DNA from: Minisyncoccota bacterium
GTDB taxonomy: Bacteria > Patescibacteriota > Minisyncoccia > Phycocordibacterales > UBA9973
Reading direction: 5' to 3'
DNA: 64,000 nt
NCBI GenBank assembly: GCA_041657885.1
Contig: JBBABB010000001.1
Location: 129,094 to 193,093, forward strand
The notes under the pieces are model-generated. The model was given only the letters and a program-made list of their open reading frames with translations, was not told where the DNA came from and ran no database searches. A program made the translations under genes and the position numbers. Below are positions 1-9,195 of this stretch, one piece after another. The first letter of the stretch is position 1; every line of letters begins with the position of its first letter.

Positions 1-1
1 T

Positions 2-640
2 TTGGTTGACCGAAAAGTTATTCATTTGCCTGAGTTTAAAACAATCGTGCTTGATGAGGCAGATAGAATGCTCGATATGGGCTTCGTAAATGATATGCGA
101 TTTATTATGGCCAACATGGCGCCGAATCGTCAGACATTGTTATTTTCAGCAACCATCACAAGTGAGATTGATAAATTGATTAAAGAATTTTTGACTAACC
201 CTGAAAAGATTTCGGTTAAAACCGGAGACACCGCGCGAAATGTTGAGCAAGATATTGTGCGTGTAAGAAGTGGTCAAGATAAAATTGGTTCACTTGAATG
301 TTTGCTTTCTAAAAAAGAATTTTCAAAAGTTCTGATTTTTGGGCGTACCAAACACGGTGTTGAAAAACTTTGTCAGATATTAGTTAAAAGTGGTTTTAAA
401 GCAGAATCTATTCATGGTGATAAAAATCAAGGAAGACGTCAAAGCGCGCTGAAAGCTTTTCGTGAAAACCATAGTCAAATACTTGTTGCGACTGATGTCG
501 CAGCACGAGGTCTCGATATTCCAAATGTAACTCATGTTATCAATTTTGATATTCCGGCTACTTATGAGGATTATGTTCATCGAATCGGTCGAACCGGCCG
601 TGCCAATCAAGTTGGAGTAGCACTTACGTTTGTCAGTTAA
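2..640 (+). CDS. DEAD-box RNA helicase (5'-truncated by window)
   Basis: VLDEADRMLDMGF, FSAT, TDVAARGLD, HRIGRTGRA motifs. Confidence 0.95.
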   Translation: MVDRKVIHLPEFKTIVLDEADRMLDMGFVNDMRFIMANMAPNRQTLLFSATITSEIDKLIKEFLTNPEKISVKTGDTARNVEQDIVRVRSGQDKIGSLECLLSKKEFSKVLIFGRTKHGVEKLCQILVKSGFKAESIHGDKNQGRRQSALKAFRENHSQILVATDVAARGLDIPNVTHVINFDIPATYEDYVHRIGRTGRANQVGVALTFVS

Positions 641-656
641 AACTAAATTTAAAAAT

Positions 657-712
657 GGCTCAAAAGCCCCTTCAATAAGACTATTCAGAGATACGCCATG
701 ATAAGACTATTT
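657..712 (+). repeat. Partial (3' half) copy of structured repeat family A
   Basis: GCTCAAAAGCCCCTTCAATAAGACTATT plus a second TGATAAGACTATT match the 3' end of the copies at 8470 and 27086. Confidence 0.6.
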
Positions 713-744
713 GGAATTTTTTTCCTGTGGTATAATAAAAAGAC

Positions 745-1311
745 ATGGAAAATTTTAAATTTATACTGTCTTCGATTTTAATTGTAGTTTTATTAGGGTT
801 TGCTGGTTATTGGGCGTTTTCTACTATTGAATCAGGGAGTACTCATGTTGATAGTCAGAAACAAAAAGAACTGGAACAAGAAAATAAAAACCTGACAAAA
901 GAAGTGACTGACCTCAAAAAAGAAATTGGTCTTTTACAAGCCGACAAAGAGCAAGCTCTGGCTGATCAAGTACAGGCAAACCTTGAAGCTGAAGCAATTA
1001 AAATACCAGTTGCTACCACTCTTACTCCAGCAAAACCTACGGTTTCAAAAAATCAAAGTTTAATAAATGAATTACAAAAACTTGTTGATGGTAAAATTTA
1101 CCTTAAATTGAAATCTCAAGGCCCTGCTGTTGGAACAGTTCAAAAGTTTTTAAATATTTATAACAAAACTTCCAACAAAATAGATAATGATTATGGGGCA
1201 AGTACAAAAACTACTGTCTTAAATTTTCAAAAAGCTCAGGGTTTAACAGCAGATGGAGAAACGGGACCTAGTACATATAGTAAAATGATCAGCTGGCTCA
1301 AGAGTCATTAA
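745..1311 (+). CDS. Membrane-anchored coiled-coil protein with C-terminal peptidoglycan-binding domain (PG_binding_1-like)
   Basis: N-terminal TM helix, coiled coil, then LKLKSQGPAV..VQ..L..YGASTK..V..FQKAQGLTADGETGPST. Confidence 0.85.
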   Translation: MENFKFILSSILIVVLLGFAGYWAFSTIESGSTHVDSQKQKELEQENKNLTKEVTDLKKEIGLLQADKEQALADQVQANLEAEAIKIPVATTLTPAKPTVSKNQSLINELQKLVDGKIYLKLKSQGPAVGTVQKFLNIYNKTSNKIDNDYGASTKTTVLNFQKAQGLTADGETGPSTYSKMISWLKSH

Positions 1312-1314
1312 AAT

Positions 1315-1343
1315 TTGACTCAACTTGAATATAGAGATACAAT
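1315..1343 (+). promoter_or_regulatory. Sigma70-type promoter
   Basis: TTGACT-N17-TACAAT. Confidence 0.6.
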
Positions 1344-1460
1344 TATAAGAAAGATTTTTTGTCTTTATAGCACTCTTGTTTGTTATAAATTATAAAAAAC
1401 AAGAGGAAAGACAAAAAAGGGGTGCGCCCGCACCTTTTAATTAGTACAGGGATGATTCTC

Positions 1461-1494
1461 ATAGAGCTTGGCTCCCAACCAAGCTCTATTTTTT
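1461..1494 (+). terminator. Intrinsic terminator
   Basis: ATAGAGCTTGG-7nt-CCAAGCTCTAT followed by T-run. Confidence 0.65.
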
Positions 1495-1525
1495 GGTTAT
1501 TTTTTATGATATTATATTTAGTGTA

Positions 1526-3031
1526 ATGAATATAGATAATTTACCCATTTTATTATCATTGTTTCCTTTTCTAGTTTTTCTTTTTTTGTTGTTTGTAAAG
1601 AAAGTACCACTGCTTTGGACTTCTATTATAACGCTCGCTATATACACAATCCTTGCTATTTTCTACTGGCAAATTTTTCCATCATTTTTATACACATCTT
1701 ATGGAAAAGGGTTTTTTGTGGCGCTTGATATATTTATAATTATTTTCGGTGCAGTTTTTTTTCTAGAAATATTAAAAGATTTAAAAATTATAAAACACAT
1801 ATCTTATTATTTGGGAGGACTCTCAAAAGATTACAGAATACAAATAATTATTATTGCGTGGTTTCTTGAATGTTTTATTGAGGGAACAGCAGGTTTTGGC
1901 ACTCCAGCTGCAATCGCTGTGCCTATTTTGATCGGGCTTGGGCTCACCCCGATAAAAGCTTTAGTTGTGGGTCTTTTAGGGAATAGTGTTCCCGGTGTTT
2001 TCGGAGCAGCAGGAACACCGATAAAAATGGGATTTGTTGGATTAAATACGGCGCTAGTTCCTCTATATTCAGCACTTCTCAATCTTGTTGGTTTTATTAT
2101 TCCTATTTTTATGCTTTGGATTATTACAGCTGGTAGGCCAAATAGAAAAAAGGAGTTTTTAAGCGCACTACCGTTTGCTATATTTTCTGGTTTAATCTTT
2201 GTGGTGCCATCACTTGTATTTGTTTCTTTGGGGCAAGAATTCCCATCAATTTTAGGTTCTTTATTTGGTTTGATTGTAATTGTAATTTCAGTAAAGTTTG
2301 GATTCTTAGTTCCAAAAGAACAATTATCTCTTGTGGAAAATAAAGAAGAAGAGAAATCTTTTATGTCACCATTTAAATCTTTCTTGCCTTACATTATTCT
2401 TATCATATTATTGATTTTGGGTAAAATTGTTTTAGGAAAATTGGGACTACCATTATCTTTGGGTTTCAATCATACTTTTAGTTTATTTAATCCCGGTTTT
2501 ATTTTTATAATTACTGGCTTGTTGGTTGTTCTAATTTGGAGAGAAAAGTGGAGATTTATTTATAGCTCAATAAAGAGAGCGTCTAAGGGGGCAGTTCGTC
2601 CGTTTTTTGTTGTTTTTTCAATGCTTGCAATGGTTCAAATAATGATAAATTCTGGAAATAATTATTCAGGATTACTTTCTGCAATTAGTCTCATGACCAA
2701 GAGTTTTGAGACGACACTACTTCCTTTCTTTGCTCCGTTCATTGGAGCTTTTGGTGCCTTTATGACTGGGAGTGTGACTGTTTCAAATATTATGTTTGGT
2801 CACTTATTTAGTATGGCTTCTACAAATCTTTCTATGAATACTAGTCTAATATTATCTCTTGGAGTAGTTGGAGCTGCTGCGGGTAATATGATAGCGTTAG
2901 CGGATATATTGACAGCTGAGGCAGTGACAGGAGTGAAAAACGGAGAAATACACGTGCTAAAGGGAGTTATCGTTCCTTGTATTACTTATCTTTTCCTTCT
3001 TGGGGTTATAGGATTTATAATTTTAGGATGA
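1526..3031 (+). CDS. lctP: L-lactate permease family transporter
   Basis: Polytopic membrane protein with FIEGTAGFGTPAAIAVPILIGLG and GAFMTGSVTVSNIMFG motifs; ATG start chosen at 1526. Confidence 0.8.
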   Translation: MNIDNLPILLSLFPFLVFLFLLFVKKVPLLWTSIITLAIYTILAIFYWQIFPSFLYTSYGKGFFVALDIFIIIFGAVFFLEILKDLKIIKHISYYLGGLSKDYRIQIIIIAWFLECFIEGTAGFGTPAAIAVPILIGLGLTPIKALVVGLLGNSVPGVFGAAGTPIKMGFVGLNTALVPLYSALLNLVGFIIPIFMLWIITAGRPNRKKEFLSALPFAIFSGLIFVVPSLVFVSLGQEFPSILGSLFGLIVIVISVKFGFLVPKEQLSLVENKEEEKSFMSPFKSFLPYIILIILLILGKIVLGKLGLPLSLGFNHTFSLFNPGFIFIITGLLVVLIWREKWRFIYSSIKRASKGAVRPFFVVFSMLAMVQIMINSGNNYSGLLSAISLMTKSFETTLLPFFAPFIGAFGAFMTGSVTVSNIMFGHLFSMASTNLSMNTSLILSLGVVGAAAGNMIALADILTAEAVTGVKNGEIHVLKGVIVPCITYLFLLGVIGFIILG

Positions 3032-3045
3032 TATAATAGAATTAT

Positions 3046-3432
3046 ATGAGAAAAATACTTAAGGCAATTCATAAAGTACTTGATGAGATAGAAGACAAAA
3101 CTAGAATTAAATTGGTTCATCATCCAATAATTTATGCTTTTATTGGTAGCGTTGGAATTGTTTCAATCTGGCGAGGAATTTGGCATATTTCAGATGATTG
3201 GGGAGTTTCTAGCTGGGGGTCTTTGATTTTTGGTTTAATAGTTACTGTTTTAACGGGACTTTTTGTCTCATTTTTTATTGGAGAAAATATTATTATTTCT
3301 GGACTTAATAAAGAAAAAAGACTTGATGAGAAAACAGAAGAAGAAATACATAAGGAAAGGACTACATTGACTGATATACAAAAAGATATAAAAGAAATTA
3401 AGGAAATTCTTTCAGAAAATAAAAAACAATAA
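3046..3432 (+). CDS. Hypothetical two-TM membrane protein
   Basis: Clean ORF, two hydrophobic helices, TGATATAAT upstream. Confidence 0.75.
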   Translation: MRKILKAIHKVLDEIEDKTRIKLVHHPIIYAFIGSVGIVSIWRGIWHISDDWGVSSWGSLIFGLIVTVLTGLFVSFFIGENIIISGLNKEKRLDEKTEEEIHKERTTLTDIQKDIKEIKEILSENKKQ

Positions 3433-3436
3433 TATA

Positions 3437-4306
3437 TTATTTACGAAAGGGTAATTCAATAAAGAAGGTTGTGCCTTCATTTAAGCCATTTGATTTGGCA
3501 TATATTTTACCGTGATGTCTTTTTATGATTTGTTTAGATAGATATAATCTCAATCCCATTCCATCTGTATTCATAAGCTTGGCTTTTTTATTGCGATAGA
3601 ATTTGGAGAAAATCATCATTTTGTCTATTCTATCTAATCCTATTCCCGTGTCACTTATAAACAATATAAGTTTTTGGGGGTTGGAAATACAATCAATTAA
3701 GATTTTACCATCTTTTTTTGTATAGGAGATCGCATTTTCTATTATTGTATCAATTACAAAAGAAATTTTATTCAAATCTAAGGTTAAAAGAGGGATATCG
3801 GCAAATGTAGAAACTTGAAAAATAATATTTTTTTTATTTATTTTATCCCGATATTTTTTTATAGATTTTTCTATAATTTCTCTTATTGAAATTGCCTTAA
3901 AAAAATACCCTGAAGTATTTTTAATATTCTTTATACCAGTAAGGACTTCTACAATATTTAATATTCTGTTAGCCCCGTTATTTATATTTTGTAAGTACAA
4001 AAATTTTTCGTTTTGGGGAAGATTTTTTTCTAATTCTTTTGCATGCCACAGTATACTTGTAAGTGGAGTGCGGAATGTATGATTTATGATAGAAATAATT
4101 TCCTCCTCAAGTTTATCTTCTTTTATTATAAAAGTTATATATTTATAACAAATATAAAGAATACTTACAAAAAACACTGCTGGGATAATCCACTTAGGTA
4201 AGTTGTAAGATAGTATCATCTGCTCATTTTTCAACATTAAGAGAAAGATTACAATTATATATAGTACAGAAAATAAAATTTTAATTAATCTTTGTATTTT
4301 TTCCAT
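3437..4306 (-). CDS. Membrane sensor histidine kinase (HisKA + HATPase)
   Basis: H-box NHTFRTPLTSI, N-box ENAISYT, G1 DTGIG, G2 GMGLRL, GTTFFIELP. Confidence 0.85.
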   Translation of the reverse strand: MEKIQRLIKILFSVLYIIVIFLLMLKNEQMILSYNLPKWIIPAVFFVSILYICYKYITFIIKEDKLEEEIISIINHTFRTPLTSILWHAKELEKNLPQNEKFLYLQNINNGANRILNIVEVLTGIKNIKNTSGYFFKAISIREIIEKSIKKYRDKINKKNIIFQVSTFADIPLLTLDLNKISFVIDTIIENAISYTKKDGKILIDCISNPQKLILFISDTGIGLDRIDKMMIFSKFYRNKKAKLMNTDGMGLRLYLSKQIIKRHHGKIYAKSNGLNEGTTFFIELPFRK

Positions 4307-4344
4307 AGTTATATTATAACTCTTTTTCTTGCTATAATCTAGGT

Positions 4345-4572
4345 ATGTATATTAAGGTAAAAGTACAAGCTAATGCAAAAAAAGAAAATATAGAGAAAAA
4401 AAGTTCAGATTCTTATTTTATTTCAGTTAAAGAGAAAGCCGAAAGAAATTTGGCCAATAAGAGAATTTGTCAGATTGTGGCATCTTTGTTTGGTGTATCG
4501 ATAAAAAGTGTTAGAATTGTAAATGGACACCAAAGTCCAAATAAAATATTATCAATTAATTTAGTCTTTTGA
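4345..4572 (+). CDS. DUF167/YggU family protein
   Basis: IKVKVQANAKK...SVKEKAERNLANK...IVNGHQSPNKIL pattern. Confidence 0.8.
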   Translation: MYIKVKVQANAKKENIEKKSSDSYFISVKEKAERNLANKRICQIVASLFGVSIKSVRIVNGHQSPNKILSINLVF

Positions 4573-4576
4573 GATT

Positions 4577-4963
4577 ATGAAAACAAATATTAAAGCAACG
4601 AATATGGAGTTGACGGGTGCTATTACTGATTATGTGAACAAGCGATTAGCGGGGATAGAGAAGTTTGTAAAAGGAGGAGAAGAAATGATTGCTTATATAG
4701 AAGTGGGGAAAACAACAAATCATCATAAGCGAGGAGATATTTTTAGAGCTGAATTTAATATAGAGATATCAGGGGCTAAATTTTACACTTTTTCTGAAAA
4801 GGAAGATTTATATACAGCGATAGATGATGCAAAGGAAGAAATAGTCCGCCAGATAAAAACCAATAAAGATCGTAGACAAACTCTTTTCAAAAGAGGAGCT
4901 TCAAGTATAAAAAAAATGCTAAAAGGAGTATCAGACCGTAATCCTTTTACTTCTAAATATTAA
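4577..4963 (+). CDS. raiA: Ribosome hibernation factor HPF/RaiA
   Basis: NIKATNMELTGAITDYVNKRL...EDLYTAIDDA. Confidence 0.9.
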   Translation: MKTNIKATNMELTGAITDYVNKRLAGIEKFVKGGEEMIAYIEVGKTTNHHKRGDIFRAEFNIEISGAKFYTFSEKEDLYTAIDDAKEEIVRQIKTNKDRRQTLFKRGASSIKKMLKGVSDRNPFTSKY

Positions 4964-5829
4964 TTTTGTCTCAAAAAATCTTCGTAATTAATTTCTTTTT
5001 TACCTTCAGGAGTGACCCTTTTAATGATAAATAGATTATTCTCATATACAGCTTCCTTTATTTTTACTCGTATTTTTTTGTTGTGCTTTGTTACAAAGAA
5101 ATATGTTCCTGGCCAACCGTAAAATGCACGATATTTGTTGTAAATTTTTTTCGGATTACCATCTATATCTATTTCCCCATCTTCTTTATTTATCTTGGAA
5201 CAGTAGGTTGCCTCTTTTTCATCTTGCACTTTAGGAGTGATACTTTTATTTATAATTTTAGGCATAATCTCACAAAGTAAATTTCCCCCCAGATTTATTA
5301 ATTTATTTTTTAAATCTTCTTTTTTTTCATTTATATCTATGGATATTTCTTTCGTGGCTAGTATTGGGCCACTATCTAATTTATATGCCATTTGCTGAAT
5401 ACTTACTCCTGTTCTGCTATCTCCATTTAAAAGTGATGCCTCAAGAGGGGAAGCGCCTCTCCATTTAGGCAGTAAAGAATAGTGAATATTTATTGTTCCT
5501 AGTGTTGGTATATAGATGAGGGCTTCTGGTAAAATTTTTCCATATGCGACAACCACGTAAAGATCTACATTAGTGGATCCACGTGGCAGGTCATCACAGG
5601 ATAGATCAGCAATGAATTCAGGGGTAATTTTTTCTGGTTTAAGGCACTCAATGTTATGTTTTTTTGCCCAGAGAGAAACAGGGCTAGGAGTTAAGTGTAA
5701 ACCTCGCCCAGCTGGTTTATCAGGAGAAGTGATAATAAGCGACGGCATATAGCCATTATTTTTTAATATATCGAGAGTATTACTCGCTATATCCGGAGTT
5801 CCAAAAAATGTAAATTTTAATTTTTCCAT
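4960..5829 (-). CDS. fmt: Methionyl-tRNA formyltransferase
   Basis: FFGTPD, PDKPAGRG, VVAYGKIL, NIHYSLLPKWRGASP, LDSGPI; adjacent to def. Confidence 0.95.
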   Translation of the reverse strand: MEKLKFTFFGTPDIASNTLDILKNNGYMPSLIITSPDKPAGRGLHLTPSPVSLWAKKHNIECLKPEKITPEFIADLSCDDLPRGSTNVDLYVVVAYGKILPEALIYIPTLGTINIHYSLLPKWRGASPLEASLLNGDSRTGVSIQQMAYKLDSGPILATKEISIDINEKKEDLKNKLINLGGNLLCEIMPKIINKSITPKVQDEKEATYCSKINKEDGEIDIDGNPKKIYNKYRAFYGWPGTYFFVTKHNKKIRVKIKEAVYENNLFIIKRVTPEGKKEINYEDFLRQN

Positions 5830-5836
5830 ATTTTTT

Positions 5837-6373
5837 TTATTCAGCAAGAATTTCTTGTAAATCTTTTGCTTTGTCTATAAAAAGTATTCCATCTAAATGG
5901 TCTATTTCATGTTGGAATATATGGGCAAGTAACCCAGAACCCTCTTTTGTGAATTTCTTGCCATATTCATTATATGCTTCAATAATTACACGTGTTGCTC
6001 GTCGAACTTTCCCATATAATGGTCTTACCGAAAGACATCCCTCAGTCATAAGTTTTTTATCTTTTGATATTTTCTTGATGATTGGATTTATAAATATTAA
6101 ATTTGGTCCTTGTTTTTTATTTAGGTTTTTTTGTTTACTTAGTTTTTCTCCTTTTATAAAATTCTCATCAAAAATTTTACTAGATATTATAAATAATCGT
6201 AAAGATACTCCTATCTGAGGTGCTGCAATAGCCACTCCGTCATATTGTCCATCAAGTGCTTCGTTCATATCGGCAATAATTTTCTGTATCTTTGTTTTTG
6301 TAATACTTTTAATAGGTATTTCTTTTGATATCTTGCGTAATATCTTATCCCCATTTTGAAGAATTATAGCCAT
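5837..6373 (-). CDS. def: Peptide deformylase
   Basis: GVAIAAPQIG, EGCLSV, QHEIDHLDG. Confidence 0.97.
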   Translation of the reverse strand: MAIILQNGDKILRKISKEIPIKSITKTKIQKIIADMNEALDGQYDGVAIAAPQIGVSLRLFIISSKIFDENFIKGEKLSKQKNLNKKQGPNLIFINPIIKKISKDKKLMTEGCLSVRPLYGKVRRATRVIIEAYNEYGKKFTKEGSGLLAHIFQHEIDHLDGILFIDKAKDLQEILAE

Positions 6374-6474
6374 CCCAGTACTAAAATTTTAATATTAATT
6401 TATTATTCATTCGACTTTTATTCCTTGTATTATCCCCCTATTTAATTTTTTATAATCAAAAATTTAGTACGGGA
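6373..6474. repeat. MITE-like element, CCCGTA...TACGGG family
   Basis: Imperfect terminal inverted repeats TCCCAGTACTAAAATTTT / AAAAATTTAGTACGGGA. Confidence 0.5.
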
Positions 6475-6483
6475 CAAGTATTT

Positions 6484-7779
6484 TTATTTTAAATTTTTTA
6501 TATATTCTAGCAACTTAGGAAGTTTTATCGTTTCTTGGCATCTATTACTCATATCTCGGAATATAACAGAATCTTCCAGTGCTTCTTTCTGTCCAAATAT
6601 AATAGCGTATTCCATGCCGAGCTTTTCTGCTATGGCTAACTGTGCTCCTAGATTATCTTTTGAGATGGATTGAGCAATAGAAACCTTACCCTTTCTTAGT
6701 ATTTCAATAACATTTAAGGATTTTAATTTAGCGTCAAAACCAAGTTGAATGAAATAAATTTTAGGTTTTTTGATTATTCTTGGTGTTAGTTTTGCAAACC
6801 AAGGAGCTTCTACTATTCTATCTACTCCGATAGATATACCAACAGCAGAAATATCTTTTTTACTACCAAGTTGTTTTCCTAGATAATCATAACGTCCTCC
6901 ACCTGTGATAGTGACTTTCTTACCCGTCTCTTTGTCTTCTTGCATTATTTCAATAACTGTCCTTGTATAATAAGAAAGTCCTCTTACAAGACATTTGTTG
7001 ATAGTATAAGGTATATCCATTTGTTCCAAATATTCTAGAACTTCTTTGAAGTGTTTTTTGCAATTAGGGCAAAGATGCGAAATACTTTCAGGGGCACTTT
7101 GATTTAACTCAATTGTTTTTTCTTCTTTTGAATCAAGAATTCGAAGGGGATTTGTTTTTAACTTTTCTCGGTCTATTGCTGGAAGAATACTGATATTCTT
7201 TTTATAGAAAGAAACTAATTCCTTTATGTATCCGTTACGACACTCCTTATCCCCAATGGAATTAATGTCAATAGAAAGATCTATTGCTCCAGCTTCAGTA
7301 AGTATTGTCCAGGCTGTTTTAATTACAAGAGCATCTAAAATACTTTTTTCACTTCCAATTACATCCATATCAAATTGCCAAAATTGACGATATCGTCCTT
7401 TCTGGGGATTATCATGGCGGAAAACTGGTCCATAGCTGTAAAACATTACAGGCTGTGGAAGGGCTTGCATTCCATGTTCAATGTAACTACGCATTATGCC
7501 TGCTGTGTGTTCAGGACGGAGCGCTAAATGGTCTCCACCTTTTGTTTTTAGAGTGTACATTTCCTTATCTATAATGTCAGTTCCTATTCCAATAGAAGAA
7601 GTGAAGACATCCTCATATTCTACTATTGGTGTTTCTATTGGTTTAAATCCATAATATACAGCAATTTCTTGAGCCTTCTCAAAGAAGCCCTGGAATTGAT
7701 AATATTGAGTGTCAATTATATCTCTCATTCCTTTCACTGAAGATAATGGTCCTCTGTTTGTTTTTTTCTTTTCTGTCAT
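6484..7779 (-). CDS. hisS: Histidyl-tRNA synthetase
   Basis: LRPEHTA, FRHDNPQKGRYRQFWQ, LVRGLSYY, GGGRYD. Confidence 0.97.
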   Translation of the reverse strand: MTEKKKTNRGPLSSVKGMRDIIDTQYYQFQGFFEKAQEIAVYYGFKPIETPIVEYEDVFTSSIGIGTDIIDKEMYTLKTKGGDHLALRPEHTAGIMRSYIEHGMQALPQPVMFYSYGPVFRHDNPQKGRYRQFWQFDMDVIGSEKSILDALVIKTAWTILTEAGAIDLSIDINSIGDKECRNGYIKELVSFYKKNISILPAIDREKLKTNPLRILDSKEEKTIELNQSAPESISHLCPNCKKHFKEVLEYLEQMDIPYTINKCLVRGLSYYTRTVIEIMQEDKETGKKVTITGGGRYDYLGKQLGSKKDISAVGISIGVDRIVEAPWFAKLTPRIIKKPKIYFIQLGFDAKLKSLNVIEILRKGKVSIAQSISKDNLGAQLAIAEKLGMEYAIIFGQKEALEDSVIFRDMSNRCQETIKLPKLLEYIKNLK

Positions 7780-7780
7780 A

Positions 7781-8395
7781 TTATTTTAATTCTTTGTAAT
7801 ATCCTGGTAAGTAAGAAATTTCTTTGAGAGGAAGGAGTCGTAAGTATGCTCTGCCTGTCATTAATTTACGAGGTAATATTCCCCAGACACGAGAATCAGA
7901 GCTTTTATTCCTGTTATCTCCCATTACAAAGAATTCACCTTCTCCTGTTTTATAAGAAGTGGTTGTATTAAATTGCTCATCTATATATGGTTCTTTTAAT
8001 GTAAAGCCATTTGGATTTTCCTTGTTTATGATAATTACTGTGCCATTATTTATTGATATTTCTTCATTTGGCATGCCGATAATTCTTTTTATAAAGAATC
8101 TTTTTGGGTTATTTGGGTAACGGAAAACGATAACATCACCACGATGGGGATTACCAATTATATAAGATAGTTCATCAATTATTAAATATTCTCCATCATG
8201 GAAAGTAGGGAACATTGATTCTCCACTCACTACAAACGGCTGAGCGATAAACATTCTTATTGGAATAACTATAATAAGTGCAATGATTGCAAACTTAAAA
8301 AGATCCCAAGCACTCTCAAGTCCTTTTTTGAGTTTTGTTTTTACTGGAGTGTCAACGTTACTAATTTGGTTATTATCTTTTTCCATATAACTCAT
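7781..8395 (-). CDS. lepB: Signal peptidase I
   Basis: SGESMFPT, FIKRIIG, GDNRNKSSDSR. Confidence 0.96.
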   Translation of the reverse strand: MSYMEKDNNQISNVDTPVKTKLKKGLESAWDLFKFAIIALIIVIPIRMFIAQPFVVSGESMFPTFHDGEYLIIDELSYIIGNPHRGDVIVFRYPNNPKRFFIKRIIGMPNEEISINNGTVIIINKENPNGFTLKEPYIDEQFNTTTSYKTGEGEFFVMGDNRNKSSDSRVWGILPRKLMTGRAYLRLLPLKEISYLPGYYKELK

Positions 8396-8469
8396 ATTTT
8401 ATCACATAAATAGTATTGACAGGATAGGAAAATATGTGTTGTGTTGAGGTGAATTAAATATATTGTATG

Positions 8470-8587
8470 AGCCAGAGTCTGGAATAGTCCTCTCAGAGGG
8501 TACGAAAATTTTTTGCTAAAAATTTTCTCGGTTCTCGCGCCGTCGCGCTCCAAAGCCCCTCTGATAGGACTATTCCAGACTCTGGCT
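8470..8587. repeat. Structured repeat family A, copy 1
   Basis: 22-bp perfect terminal inverted repeat AGCCAGAGTCTGGAATAGTCCT; internal core shared with 25987, 27086, 61009. Confidence 0.9.
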
Positions 8588-8607
8588 TTCTGTGGTATTA
8601 TGAAAAT

Positions 8608-9195
8608 ATGATGTTAATTGTTGGATTAGGAAATCCAGGAGAAGAATATAAAATTTCGCGACATAATACGGGACAAATAATTGTTGAAAATATTGCAAGT
8701 AGTAATGATTTTTCTGAATGGAAAAATAATATGAAATTAAAATCTCTTTGTGCGAAAGGTGAGATTGGAAAAGAAAAATTTGATTTTATACTTCCTGAAA
8801 CTTTTATGAATAATTCAGGAAATGCAGTGGTTCAGCTTATTGATAATCCTAAAAAGCTCAGAAATTTGATTGTGATTTATGATGATATAGATTTACCCTT
8901 TGGTAATTTGAAGATTTCTTTTAATCGTAGTTCGGGTGGACACAATGGACTTGAATCAGTAATAAAGAAAATTAAGTCAAAGAAATTTATTAGAATTCGT
9001 ATTGGAATTTCGCCACTAACTCCCTCGGGAAAATTACGAAAGCCAAAAGGAGAGAAGGCAGTGTTGAAGTTCTTGCTCGGAAAGTATAAGGAAGATGAAT
9101 TAAAAGAATTAAAAAAGATTTCAAAAACGGTGGCAGAAATCATTATGGTGATTTCTGCCGAAGGAAAAGAAAAAGCGATGAGCGTCTATAATTAA
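8608..9195 (+). CDS. pth: Peptidyl-tRNA hydrolase
   Basis: LIVGLGNPG, SRHNTG, PETFMNNSG, GGHNGL, RIRIGI. Confidence 0.97.
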   Translation: MMLIVGLGNPGEEYKISRHNTGQIIVENIASSNDFSEWKNNMKLKSLCAKGEIGKEKFDFILPETFMNNSGNAVVQLIDNPKKLRNLIVIYDDIDLPFGNLKISFNRSSGGHNGLESVIKKIKSKKFIRIRIGISPLTPSGKLRKPKGEKAVLKFLLGKYKEDELKELKKISKTVAEIIMVISAEGKEKAMSVYN

